Shown here: piece by piece, positions 24,550 to 37,432 of the stretch
How positions within the stretch are numbered: the first letter of the stretch is position 1
How the letters are laid out: each line of letters starts with the position of its first letter
Origin: Macrostomum lignano
Lineage: Eukaryota
Assembly (NCBI GenBank): GCA_002269645.1
Contig: NIVC01001537.1
Span: 1 to 64,000 of the forward strand
Length of the DNA stretch: 64,000 bases
Direction: 5' to 3'
Translations under genes and position numbers: made by a program
The notes under the pieces: generated by a model
What the model saw: the letters and a program-made list of their open reading frames with translations, nothing else
Databases searched by the model: none
Told to the model about the DNA's origin: nothing

Positions 24550-26650
24550 AGGGGGGTTCCGTCCGGGCTGATGGCTTTGGAGAGCTTGGACCGCTTGATG
24601 GCATGCTCGATGCCATCGGCCGAACAGACAGGAGCGTCTCCGGCGGCGCGAGGTAGGGCCTTAATACGTCGACGGACGACACGCATCTGCGGGTTGGAGC
24701 AGTGAAGGCGCGGCCTCGTGAACTGACAATTGAGCCGGTCCGCAGTTTCGGCACCAGAAAGGGCCGGTTTTTCGTTGAACTTTAGTATGACATTTTATCT
24801 GCGTTCGGGCGTCTGGCCAGCTTTTTAAAAGTGGACCAGATCCTGGGCTGGTTGCCGTTCTCAAGGAGGAATTTGCTTCAGCGGTCCCGTTTCTCCGCTT
24901 CGAGGCTCGAATTGATTTGCGCTTGTAGGTCCGACGGGTCCGACGGGTTATTGGTGCGGAGGGTATCGAGATCCCTGCGGTCTGGAAGAAGTCCTTAATC
25001 TGTCCCCTTCTGAAAGATGGCAAACCGCAGGACGATGGCGCGTCGTACCGCCCGATCTCCTTCCTGTCGCCGCTCGCCAAAATCTTGGAGAAGATCCTGC
25101 TACCGCTTCTGACTGACCATCTTCAGCTTCCTGCCTGGCAACATGGCTTCCGCCCGCACCACTCAACCATGACCGCCCTCTGCCAACTGGTCGAGCAGAT
25201 TTGCTCGGGATTCTGCCTGTCGAAACCCCCGGCCAGGACCGGCGTTGGCGCGATCGACCTTCGGATGGCGTTTGACTGCGTTGACCATTACAAATTACTC
25301 TCCGACCTCGCCGAATCGGATCTTCCGAACTCTGTTAAGGCCTGGCTCGCCAACTATATTCTTGGACGACAAGCCCGGACCTTCATGCGAGACTCTAAGT
25401 CCAAGTGGCGGCAGGTTCGCATTGAAGTACCACAGGGCAGCGCCATCAGCCCGCTTCTTTTCGCCTTTTATCTGGCTAAGGCTCCCGTGCCCATCAATCC
25501 GACTACTAAGCTAATCGGCTACGCTGACGATCTTACCGTTGCCGCCTCGTCCCCAAGCTGCAATTCCATTGAACAACAACTGGATCATTATCTCGCTGAA
25601 CTCGCTCCGTTCCTCGAGTCGCGCAAGCTCCAGAGTTCTACATCAAAGTGTACGGCCACTCTGTTCAGTCCAGACCAGCGCGAATACTTCTGCCAGCTTA
25701 ATGTCTTCATAAACGGCTCCCCACTGCCGCAGGTCCTCCATCCGAAAACTCTGGGCGTGACTTCGACCCCAAACTCTCCTTCGCGAGACACGTCTCCATC
25801 TTTGTGGAGAAAACCCGGAAAAGAAACAGCCTGCTACGTTGCCTCGCCGCCTCATCCTGGCTGCTGCAAGGAACTTTTGCTGACACCTTTAAAGCTCTTG
25901 GCAGAAGTCTGCTCGACTACACTGCGCCGGTCTGGGGCCCATCATCTCGAACTCGTCCTGGACTCGGCTTCAATCGGTCGAGAATGCGGCGAGTCGCAGC
26001 ATCACCGGCTGCACAGCCCTTACCTCTGAAACGGATCTACACAGTGAAGTTCAGTTGCTCACCGTCCGCCAACACAACCAGCTCCTTTCGCTCCAGTTCA
26101 AGCTCCGCACCAGACGCCCGGAACATCCATGCCACCATCTTTCCTGTCTGCCACCTCTGCGTAGACTCATGAAAGCCTCCATCTTCACTGCTGAGCATTT
26201 TAACGCCGATTGGGTGCCGGTTCCGGCCCCGGATGTCCTTGACGCTGGCTGCAGCCTGGTATCGCGCCAAGCGGGCCCAACACACGCAGGCACTATAGGC
26301 CATGCTGGACAGTTTGCCACCGAACCGCGTCATTCGTGCGCAACGATCTGAGATCCACCGCTCCGAAGTTCGCCTCCCCGCCGTGTGCGGTGCACGCTGG
26401 CGCAGCTTCGCTCCGGTTTCTGCCTGTTTCTCCGAGACTTTTTTTTATTCGAGGCTCAACCCTGGCGTCGCCGCGGTTTGTCCTGATTGCGGCGGCCTTG
26501 AGCCCCAAACGGTGGCCCACCTCTTCAACTGCCCTGCGCCTATCTGACGCAGCTTTGTCCGAGTGACTTATGGACTAACCTGATAGAGACGTGCACCTTT
26601 CTGAAGTCGGCCGCCCTCGGCGGGCTGGGACCCCGGTTGTAGGTTAACAC
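24550..26650 (+). mobile_element. Non-LTR retrotransposon (I/Jockey-group-like), 5'-truncated with inverted 5' segment
   Basis: Plus strand from about 24955: IPAVWKKSLICPLLKDGK...YRPIS, QHGFR, IDLRMAFD, VPQGSAISPLLF, YADD, KTLGV, then a frameshifted C-terminus with LAQLRSG and CPDC..HLFNC. The minus strand at 24550-24950 holds the pre-RT segment ending SADGIEHAIKRSKLSKAISPDG. Confidence 0.9.
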
Positions 26651-26654
26651 ACAC

Positions 26655-27222
26655 TCGTCTCAAAGGTCAAGCTCCAACCGGCGGTCATCGTCTTCGGGGA
26701 AGAGCAAGACCTCACAGCAGACGAACTCGACAGTGCCTGGCGCACCATTGATACTGCGCTCATTAACCAGCTCCTGGCAGGCCGCCCCGTGAGCGTGGTC
26801 AAGTCTGTCAAGACCGACGGCTGCATCTTCATCTGGTGCAACTCGGAGGAGAGCAGCCGCAGTCTACGCGAGCTTCTGCCAAAGCTGAACTGGCCCAAGA
26901 AGCTCGGCAAGCTCGTCTTCGCCAGCGAGGGCGAGCGACAAGAAACCCAGCGCTTTCGCGTCTGGATCCCGGCCGGCAGTGCCATTAAGTCCGGAGATCA
27001 GCTTAGGCAAATCTTGCTGAAGCTGCACCCTGACCTCGAAGTCAACGGGCTCCTGTACCACGCCACTTACCGCAAGGAGAAGGGGGCTACGGTGATCCTA
27101 GGGCTCTCCGACGACTGGGCTAAGCGCCTACCGCCTAAGTCCACAATCCACATTGGTCTGACTGAGCTGACCATCCTCCGTTGCGAGGAGCGGAAAGCTG
27201 ATGAAGCCAAGCATGCCGAGGC
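26655..27222 (+). pseudogene. Fragment of a LINE ORF1-like protein (DUF4780-like), truncated by the P-type element
   Basis: About 190-aa open frame ...RFRVWIP...LRQILLKLHPDL...GATVILGLSDDW...IHIGLTEL, resembling the DUF4780 pattern of R1/Loa-type ORF1 (recalled, not searched). Confidence 0.45.
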
Positions 27223-27341
27223 CAAGGACTACTTAACAACTCAGGACGCTACACTCGCGAATGGTAGAAATTCTAGAAAAGGCCGCTTGCTTTAGCTGTG
27301 TCTATGGTTTTTTAATAAGCCTTTTGGATAAAGAAGCAAGT

Positions 27342-27661
<320 letters not shown>

Positions 27662-27760
27662 TCCCTCCATGCCAAGACAAAAGCAACAGAACTTGCAACA
27701 ACAAAAAAGAAAAGAAAAACCCAACACCCAAAAAAACTGTCAGTCACTGTCAGATCAAGT

Positions 27761-30700
27761 TCACTCGTAGGTCAGTCGATCCGGTGCCCTTGTAGTCCTC
27801 TCCGAACGCCGCAGCATCGGGGGCGGCAGCAGCGGCGGCGGCAGCGACGGCGGTGGCGCTTCAGACGTTGTCACCGACGGAGTCAAAAGCTGTGGCGCCG
27901 CCCCACCTGACTGAGCCGATCCCGCAGCTTGCTCAGGTGAGATTGTCCCCGGCACCAGGTGGTCGGCATGCCGCCGCACGATGCGCTCGTCGGGCAGGCG
28001 GCACTCGTAGGACAGCGGCCCGGTCTGGCGGCTCACGGAGGCCGGCGCCCACTTCTCCGGACCGTTGAAGTCGCGCACCAGGACACCGTCGCCTTCTTCG
28101 AAGTTGCGATCCCTGGCTCGCAGGTCGTGGTACTCCTTTTGCGAGTCCTGGCTGCGCCTGACTGTAGCCGAGACATCGGGCCGCACAATGTCTAGAAGCG
28201 TCCGCAGCTGCCTGCCCATCATCAGCTGGCAGGGTGGAGCACCAGTTGTGCTGTGTGGAGTGACCCGGTAGGTCAGCAGGAACCGAGCTAGCCGAAACTG
28301 CAGGGACGCCGGCCGCCCCTTCTCCAGGGCCGCCTTCACCGTCTGGACCGCTCGCTCGGCCAATCCGTTGGACGATGGATGATATGGAGCCACTTTGATA
28401 TGCCGGATGCCGTTACTGGCCAAGAAGTTGTTCATCTCTTGGCTCACGAAATTCGGACCGTTGCCGCTCACTACGACCTCAGGCAATCCCAGCTGACTGA
28501 AAGTCCTTCTTAGCCGATCGATGGTGGCAGCACTGGTGGCGGACTGGCAAATGTGGACTTCAATCCATTTCGAATGAGCGTCCACCAGTACTAACAGCAT
28601 TTTTCCCTCGACTGGTCCAGCGTAGTCCATGTGGATCCGGGACCACGGCTTGTCCGGCCACGGCCACGGCTGCAGGAGGGCTGGCGGCGGGCAGTTCTGA
28701 TGACGCTGGCACTCGCTGCAGTTCTGCGACAGCTTCTCGATGTCCCGGTCCAATCCCGGCCACCAGAAATATCCTCGGGCCAGAGACTTCATCCTAGAAG
28801 CTCCTTGGTGGCTCTGATGTAGACAATCGAGCAGTGCTTGTCGACCCTGAACCGGCACAATCACACGGTTGCCCCACAGCAGGCAGCCGTCCTCCAAGCT
28901 CAGCTCTGCCGCCCTAACTGCGTACGGCTGCAGTTCCGCATCCAGCCGAGGACGCTCCGGCCATCCACCTTGCACGAGCCGCAGCACTCGACTGAGCAGC
29001 GGGTCCTTTCTTGTCCAGCCGCGAACTTGAGCAGCCGTCACGGGTCCCTCATTGAACGCATCGATGAGCAGCACTACCTCAGCTGGTGACGGCGTCTCCA
29101 CTGACTTCGTCGGCAGCGGCAGCCGACTCAGAGCGTCAGCCCGCAGTAGCGAAGTTCCCTTGCGATACTGCAGTCGATACGAGTAGTTCGAAAGCAGCAG
29201 AGCCCAACGCTGGATCCTAGCCGAAGCCAGTGGTGGAATGGCCTTGCTCTCGTGTAGCAGGCCCAGTAGCGGCTTGTGGTCGCTCTTGAGCTCAAAGGTT
29301 TTGCCATAGAGGTAGGCGTGGAAGTGCTTGATCCCAAAAATGATCGCCAGGGCTTCCTTCTCTGTCTGCGAATAGTTCCTCTCGGCGTCGGCGAGCGATC
29401 GGGACGCGAAGGCAATCGGCCTTTCAAGGCCATCAATCCGGTGGCAGATGACGGCCCCGACCCCGTATGGCGAACTATCACACTCCAGAATCACCTCCCT
29501 TTTGACGTCGAAATGGACAAGCGCCTGCGAGCTCAATAGCAGCTCCTTGCTGCGCCGGAAAGCATCGGACTGCGCTTCGCCCCATCGCCAGACAGTTCCT
29601 TTCTCGAGAAGCCGGTGCAGAGGAGCCAGAACGCTGGACAGGTTCGGCAGAAACCGGCCGTAATAGTTGAGGAGGCCCAAGAAACTGCGCAACTGCGTGA
29701 CGTCCTTTGGCATCGGCGCGTCAACGATCGCGTTGACTTTGTCACTCATCGGATGTAGGCCCTGGGCGTCAATCCGATGCCCCAAATAAGTCACCGAATT
29801 CTCCATGAAGCGGCATTTGTCAAGCCGGCACTTCAGCCCGGCATCCTTCAGGCGCTGCAGGACGGTCTCCAGATTCTCGAGGTGCTCAGCGTCATCGGCG
29901 CCGGTCACCAACACGTCATCAATAAAGGTTGCCGTATGCTGTGCACCATGCAGCAGGCCGTCCATGGTTCTCTGGAAGATTCCAACTGCTGGTGAGATTC
30001 CAAACGGTAGCCTTGTATACCTCAGCAAACCCTTCGAGGTGTTGCTGGTGCACAAGCGCTGAGACTCTTCGTCGAGCGGAAGCTGCATGTATGCCTGGCT
30101 GAGGTCCAGCTTGGTGAACTTTTGGCCGCCGGTGAGCTTGGCGAACAACTCCTCAATCCTTGGCAGCGGGTAGCAGTCCATCTCCACGTCCTGGTTTACC
30201 GTGCACTTGAAATCTGCGCAGATTCTGACTGAGCCGTCCGACTTCAGTACCGGCACGATTGGGGACGCATACTCCGAATCGGAGACCGGCCGCAGAATGC
30301 CCTGCTGGATCTCCCGCTCGAGCTGCTCTTCCACTTTGGACTTCAAAGCGAAAGGTACCTGCCGCGCCTTCATGAACTTGGGTCGCGCCCCGGGCTTCAC
30401 TCGCAGTTTCAGAGGTTCACCCGTGTAGCAGCCGAGGCCACTCGAGAAAACGGGGCTGAACCTCTCTAGCAACTTCTGCACTTGCTGATCCTTTGGAGCC
30501 GACGCTTCGTGCAGCTGCTTGACGCTCCCCCAATTCAACGGCAGCACAGCCAGCCAGTTCCTACCGATGAGGCTGGACCCGGATCCAGATACCACTAGAA
30601 GAGGAAGAAGCTGCTTGGCTTTACCTGGAAACTCTGCAGACACGCTGATCTGACCGAGTACGCTGACCGGCTATCCGCAGTAGTTCCGCAGTCGAATCGG

Positions 30701-30853
30701 GGTCCGCTCGAGCTCAGGAGCCCCGCCCAGCAGGTCGTGATAGGCTCTAGCCGATATCAGCGATACCGCCGCGCCCGTGTCGATCTCCATCTGGCAGGAC
30801 ACTCCGTTGAGCAGGACCGTGGTGATGTACGGCGGTACCCTGGGCAGCTGCAC
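27761..30853 (-). pseudogene. pol: Gypsy protease-pol (PR, RT, RNase H, integrase)
   Basis: MEIDTGAAVS (protease), in-frame TAG at 30671-30673, then a 960-aa frame with FTKLDLSQAY, RLPFG, FIDD, CDSSPYGVGAV, DHKPL, HQSHQG..C..C, HMDYAGP, YHPSSNGLAER. Confidence 0.95.
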
Positions 30854-31676
30854 TGGGCAAGGTGTTCAGGGAGCCGCAGTCTTGGCTTTCCTCCTCCACA
30901 GCGGCGACTTGCGACCGCGGCTCAGCTCCAGCCGAATCCGCGCCTCCTCGACAGGCTGCAGCGGTGTGCCCCATCTTGCCGCACTTGAAACAGGCCTTCT
31001 TCATGAATGGGCACTTCGCCGCCAGGTGTTTCGCTGACAGACACCTGTAGCACCTTTTCGCAGGTCGCTGAGTCGCTACCGCATTTGTCTGGCCGACTTG
31101 GTCTACCGATGCTGCCGAGGCGGTTTGCGGGGTTCCTGAGGACGAGCCCTTGACCAAGTTGCAGCCCTTGGTTGCCAGCTCCACCGCCTGGGAGATCGCC
31201 AGTGCTCTGTCCAGGTCCAACTCTGTCTCGGACAGGAGTCTGCGCTGTATGCGATCATCCTGGATGCCAAGCACCAGACGATCTCTCAGCATGGTACTCA
31301 AACTGTTACCGAAGTTGCAGTGGACAGCCAAACGCCGCAGTGCCGCCAGGAAGTCGGCCACGGACTCCGAGCTCTCTCGAACGCGCTGGTAGAAGTGGAA
31401 CCTTTGCACGATCTCTGACGGCTTTGGGTCCCAGTGATCGTCAAGCTTTTTGCAGATGTTAGCGAAGGAAGCCTCTGAAGGCTTAACTGGGGCCAGAAGA
31501 CTGGTGACAAGCCTATAGGTGTCCTTGCCGCACACGCTGAGGAATACCGCTCGCTTCTTCTCTTCGCTTTCGATTTCGTTTGCAATGAACACTTGTTCAA
31601 TGCGCTCCTTTTATTGCGACCAGTCCTCCGTCTCAGGCTCAAACGGCCCTATGCTACACAGTGGCCCAGTGGCCAT
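30747..31676 (-). pseudogene. gag: Gypsy gag (Mag type) with two CCHC knuckles
   Basis: ATG at 31676 (MATGPLCSIGPFEPETEDWSQ*), premature TAA at 31611-31613, MLRDRLVLGI, CYRCLSAKHLAAKC and CFKCGKMGHTAAAC; shifted relative to the protease frame near 30850. Confidence 0.92.
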
Positions 31677-31687
31677 CCTCGTCGCCA
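31673..31687 (-). promoter_or_regulatory. Primer-binding site complementary to the tRNA-Ser(GCU) 3' end
   Basis: TGGCGACGAGGATGG, one base after the 5' LTR, is complementary to ...CCAUCCUCGUCGCCA of tRNA-Ser(GCU) (sequence recalled). Confidence 0.85.
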
Positions 31688-31688
31688 G

Positions 31689-31986
<298 letters not shown>

Positions 31987-32438
31987 CAAGTACTAAGTGA
32001 TAGATAATTATAAAAGTTTTGCGCTATAATAATTATTTTACAGTTATACAAACAATAAATATATGCAAATATTCCCAGCATAAGAATTATAAATGACAAT
32101 TGAAAAGTACGATATGCAACGAATCGGAAAACTCCGTACATAACTGTATAAGGAAAACATAGATGGCTATAACAAAGTTTGAAAATATGCAGGTGTTTGA
32201 AAGAAACATTCAGCTAGGCTTCAGTTTGCGGATTTGGCGAGAGCAAACGGTGGTTGATTGTCTGGACGTCTCGGAATCTCTGCGCACCATGGGATCGTAC
32301 TATAAAGCTGTCGTAGCGTAAGTTCGATCGTACGTCGAACGATCTTATCTTACGCTGGCTTTATAGAACGGGCCACATGCCTTTATAGATGGAGTTGGCC
32401 AGTCTTCGAGACACTCCACGCAGCAGATCTCGGTCCAG

Positions 32439-35400
32439 TTAAACATAAAAAAAAATTTCGAAGATTTTTTCAAATACAAGCACGGAACTGTTAACACAAC
32501 GCTGCCCAGAACCAATAGAATGGGCATAACAGAAGCAGGCAAATACAACTAACCATTCAGGCGGATGGCTCAGTTTCCCTCGAGATACAAGCGTGGTGAA
32601 CTCACTACAAGCAGTGGAAGTATCCAGACCAGGCAAACTTGTTGCAATTGTTCGGTCAGGCAAATTTTCTTTGTGTGAAACGTAGCCACAAATGTAGTAA
32701 AGAGAGGCTTTTTCTTCGGTAGAAATTCGAGCAGCGGATAAACTTAGCTCGTCAAAACTGACAGTCTCTTCATCGGTGACATCATGCTGACAACATGCGG
32801 ATGGCGAGTGATCTGGTGGCGAAGCTTGAAGCTGCGCATAGAGCTGCATGCGGCGGAGGCGAGCACTAGCCATAATCTGATCCACTGATATGTAATAGCA
32901 GCCTCCATGACCTTGACGATAAATGGAAAACTCTCCCTCGAGTCGGTCCGACTGGCATTCACCTGAAAGGTTTAGTACAATCACTGTCGATTTTAATAAA
33001 AAACAAAGGTGTGCATATTCATCTAACAGTTGTTAATTATTAACAAACTCACCAAGTAGCACTCGTTTGACTTAATTGGCTCTCTATATTTGTCATTAAG
33101 TAGGACGTATGCAGATGGCGACTTGCAGTTTACGATTTTCCAGAATTTTAGTACACTTTCAACGAAATCCGCTGTTTCAAGACGATTATTCAAACGAAGA
33201 GCAGCAACCGTTTTATCATTGAACACATCAAGCACTAGTGAAACTTTCTGTCGTTCCAATGGTGACGGGTGGCAAGACACCGGACTGAGCGTAGTTGGTC
33301 GAACTACGTGACCACGCGATCGCTCCTCAATTTCAATAATATCATTCCATTTAGCTATACTAGTTACTCCGCTGTCTGATATTGACTGGAACTCAAGTTG
33401 TCTGTGCGATTGGGTGTACCAGTTGTTGCGAATATTCTTCATCAAATGAACACTGTCGTATAGTAGAAACAAAGGTTTATTCTTGTTTACTGGATTTACT
33501 GCCTTCCATGGTTGTGAGTCACTCTCCCGCTGAAATCTTCGGAAACAGCTTTGATTAGTGAAATGATTGTCGCAGATTATGGCTACGGCTGTTCCAACGA
33601 GGCCATGCAAAATTTCTAACAGCCGCACGATTTGCTCGTACAAAAATTCTGGTCGTAGACTGTATATACTTCGGGTGTGTCATAAGTAATGTCACTGCAG
33701 GCCTCTGTCTAAAATATGTAGGCACATGGACTTGTGGGTAGTGTAGCTGCAAAGTATACTTAGTGAAGCAATAGCAGTGCATTTGAGACGTGCATAGGTT
33801 GTTTATGGCCCAAGCTATCGCAAGAATACGCCAAGCAGATTTAGCAAGTGCAACGCGATGAAAAACCGTCTATGCAGCGAACAAAAATCATCATGAATCT
33901 CGACATGACGCCTGCACCAAGCAGATCCGCAAGGTGTTTAGCAGCCGGGGCTTGAATGACATCCTAAACTGCCTGGTTGCTGAGGATGAAAGCTGGCTCC
34001 ACCTGGATGGCAAGGGCAGCAAGGCAGACAATCGCTGCTGGCTGGGAGCTGGGGACTCCAGGCCGATGGTGACTAGGAAGTCCATCTTGGACAAGAAGAC
34101 CATGCTGCTGGTAGCCTTCACGCCAAACAAACGAGTCTCCATCTGCACAACTCCACCGAACATCAAGGTCGATGGCCAGTATTTTATCGACTTTGTCCGG
34201 CACACTGGAGACCTCTGGCGCACTCTCCGGTCAAATCCATGTCACCGGGACGAAGTTCTGTGGCAGATGGACACCGCACGGCTGCACATCTGAAGGCTGT
34301 TTCGAATTTTCTGCCTGTGCGGCGAGTGAATCTGCTCTGACAGTCCCTACAGCCCGGACTTCAACTTTTGCAAGAGATTCCTGTTCAAATGGCTGAAGGC
34401 TGACTTTTCCAAGAAGAGTTTCGCAAACCATGAAGAGGTAAAACAGGCTGCGTTGCACTGGTTATGGCAGTTGGAGGAAAAACACCTGCAGGCTGAGGTG
34501 GACAAGCTGTATGAGCACCGCCAGAGGGTGATTGATATTGGGGGACTCTATATTGTTGAGTGGTACAGTTTTGTTCATCTGCGATTGCAAGTTCGTCTGT
34601 TTTCACATCAGTGACATTACTTATGACACACCCGAAGTAGAAATGAGTCGAGCGACAAAAGCAGAAGCTCCCATAAATGGCTTAACCATCATAGCTAGAA
34701 TAGTTCTTGCCAAATTTTGTGGTGCATCCTCTGCATATCCAATAACGTGGCCTCCACGAAGACGTAAGGAAGGCTGCACGTAAACTTCGTCGAAGACAAT
34801 AGAGCAGATACGCTGCAACGGGCTGCAGCACTTTAAATGAGCTTCAATAATAAGCTGACAATCTTTATCTGTACCAACTGAACCGAGTCCGCCGATGTGC
34901 CGTTTTAGAGTAGCTGGATGAGGCAGACACGCTAGTTCTCTCGCAGCTCGGTACGCTTGTCTTCCAGCAAAATATATCTTAGCCGCCATCAAAATATCCA
35001 TGCAGTTGTACCGAGCGCCACCGGGTGGTTTAAAGCTTAGCTGAAATTGGCGTAGAAGATATTGCTGACGTGGATCAGATGATTCCAGACAGATCGACTG
35101 AAGCGCATCTATGTGTGACTGAGCTGCAGAGCTTGCAGAGATTTCATAGCTCCGCGTCCTGTTGGCAATTGCTTCCAGCTGACTGTAGCGCTGCAGCCTG
35201 TGCTGAAAACCTAATATGTCAGAAATTTTTACGAGCACATCGCGCCGATACGCCAATACTGTGAAGTCGCTCTTAACTCGAACGGAGGACTCAACAGTGC
35301 GCTCATGAATGAGCAAAAAATCGACTCGCAAATCCTGACACTGAACAATCCAGCCTCCGGAGGTAACAAAATCCAGGCTCAAAGCTGACGTAATGAATAG

Positions 35401-35859
35401 TGCCCACGAGACAATTCTGTCGACAGCATTGAAGGCAGTCAATTCATCAGGGGCCCTAGCTCTGTCGACTAACAGCACGCCTCGCCGACCAGTATCTCTA
35501 GAGCGTCCTAAAATATTTGAAACAGGCTGATACAACTTAGTAAGTAAACAAAGTACACAACCATTCATACTTACTTGAGACAGTCTGACGCAGGGAAGTC
35601 AATGAAAAATCTTTAAAGATTGAGGTTGGGTCGCTGGGGCGTGTATGGTGGTTAATTCGTTTCAGTTAATATAAGTATCTTTATAGTAGAAACGAAAAAT
35701 TAGGTTCAAAAGGCTACATAAATTACCTTAACTTGCATAGGCAACGCATGGAGCCATGCCTCAGCTTCAGCTTCTTCCTTTGGAAAGCCAAAAACAGTGC
35801 ATTTTTCACCGCTCTTATAATTGCTTCTGCATCCAGGGAATGCAGCACTTCATTGGCAT
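32439..35859 (-). pseudogene. P-element (THAP9-like) transposase, multi-exon, disrupted
   Basis: THAP start MPMKCCIP/GCRSNY...FGFPKE..W (35859, +1 frameshift); LPHPATL...CSIVFDEVY; IICDN...YDSVHLMKNIRNN; PLERQKV; QSDRLEGEFSIYRQGHGG (catalytic E). A mariner splits the ORF. Confidence 0.9.
33669..34637 (+). mobile_element. Mariner element (969 bp, defective) with perfect 29-bp TIRs and TA TSD
   Basis: cttcgggtgtgtcataagtaatgtcactg (33669-33697) and its reverse complement (34609-34637); TA at 33667-33668 and 34638-34639. Motifs EDESW, QMDTARLH and PYSPDFNFCK (third D lost), with a stop codon. Confidence 0.93.
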
Positions 35860-36075
35860 TTTGATGAAAAAGAGTTTTGCTATTTATCAAGATTTTAGAC
35901 GAAACAAATTATTGCTACAAACCAGCAGTGCTGGTCTGAACCAGCATTGAGAATATGAAAGAATGTTAGTGAAAAGGCTTCATTGCCATAGACACAGCTA
36001 AAGCAAGCGGCCTTTTCTAGAATTTCTACCATTCTCTATCTTGCCAATGCGACGCCTGTACTGATTGTCAAGGGT

Positions 36076-36597
36076 GTGAGAACCGACAATGAAGGCCGCG
36101 AATTCATCATTCTTTCCCAAAAGCACTTGGAGAGCTGCATACCAGAAGCGTTCAATTCCGTGTGTCACCAGCTCTCTATCCAAGGAATGGCGCTATTGGG
36201 GTACAACCCCACTTTTGGCTGCGACAGCGCTGCATTCGGATTGGCTCACGACTTTAAAATGTACGACAAGAGCGGCAAGTTGTGCACCGACTACAAGAAC
36301 AAGACGGGCTACTATAGAGTACTGTTCACCCTAGACACGGTGGTGATTCACGACTCGGTTCTAACCGCGGAGCCGAAAATTCAACAACTGCAATTCATAG
36401 AAGCTCCCAAGCAGGCGTTTGACCGCTGCTACTGGATTCCACCGTTAAAAATCAAGGTAGGACGCAAGCGCGGAGCTGGTGGAGCTGAGCGGAAACAAAA
36501 GCAACCGAAAAAACCGCTTGCAGAACGTCGCGTGCGTGAACAGGGTGTTTTGCGCAAGGTGGAACCACCTACCGAACTTGGACTGGGCGCGCGCTAG
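36076..36597 (+). CDS. Hypothetical 173-aa protein of the Polinton-like segment, possibly a T7 gp2.5-like ssDNA-binding protein
   Basis: Uninterrupted ORF. FKMYDKSGKL...GYYRVLFTLDTVVI...KIQQLQFIE loosely resembles the gp2.5 C-terminal strands (speculative). Confidence 0.4.
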   Translation: MRTDNEGREFIILSQKHLESCIPEAFNSVCHQLSIQGMALLGYNPTFGCDSAAFGLAHDFKMYDKSGKLCTDYKNKTGYYRVLFTLDTVVIHDSVLTAEPKIQQLQFIEAPKQAFDRCYWIPPLKIKVGRKRGAGGAERKQKQPKKPLAERRVREQGVLRKVEPPTELGLGAR

Positions 36598-37061
36598 AAC
36601 GTTTCATAGACCCCGGGCATTGTACAACCTGAGGATCGGAAAGTGTACAATAAACTTTTTCAAACGTTCATTATCTGCCATTGTTTTTGGTTGCCAATCA
36701 ACCAACGATGTGCTACGTCTTTTTGCACAATGTAAGCCAAACTCTGTTGTTATCACTACCGGTACTTATCGTGCAGAAGTTAATGTTAGGCAAACTTTTT
36801 CCGCCTTGCCAACTCGAGCTCGCGCTGGGTTGAGTGGGAGAGTGAGGTATTCAATGGGCTTGTAATAAAGTCACCATTCCGCAAGGCCAAGTGCCTGCTG
36901 TGCGGAAAGAATGGCCGGCCAGTATTCCTAGGAATACGAAACTATGACGAACTGTGTAAAATGTACGACCACGTGACTGCTATTCTGCAACTCTAATTAT
37001 GCTTTGCTTAAAAATAAACAAAATATGCACATGTATGCAGGCAATGCTTATCACCTTAATA

Positions 37062-37430
37062 ATGAAAAACGGAATTTCTCGTCTTTGTTCTTGCCGTCGC
37101 GAGCTAGAGGAGCTCGGTGACGCGCGACCACATCGAAGGAGGGCCATTATTAGGGGAGCCGATAATGAGTTGATGCAGTGTCTGTGCGAGTTAAGTCACA
37201 ATGTACTCAAGGGCAATATCGATCTATCCCCTAGGCCTAGACAGTTTGCGAGGTTGAAACGTTATAGAGAAGCCCTGCATGACATGGGCAACAAAAAACT
37301 GTCTATAAATAGGAAGAAGAATATGATACTATCGGACCCTCAAGTTGGAGGATTCCTACCAATTCTCGCCAAGATTGCTGCTCCGTTAATCACTGGACTG
37401 TTTGGCGGTCTGCTAGGACAACGACGTTGA
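37062..37430 (+). CDS. Polinton/adintovirus small basic protein with GG-FLP amphipathic C-terminus
   Basis: ...CLCELSHNVLKGNIDL...LKRYREAL...QVGGFLPILAKIAAPLITGLFGGLLGQRR, matching the CE..N.LKGN / GGFLP pattern recalled for Polinton ORFs. Confidence 0.75.
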   Translation: MKNGISRLCSCRRELEELGDARPHRRRAIIRGADNELMQCLCELSHNVLKGNIDLSPRPRQFARLKRYREALHDMGNKKLSINRKKNMILSDPQVGGFLPILAKIAAPLITGLFGGLLGQRR

Positions 37431-37432
37431 AA

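Noticed and set aside
24336-24551. ORFs with (RVSLSQKSPL)n or (QTDSQWGFLR)n
   Set aside because: Translation of the 30-bp satellite.
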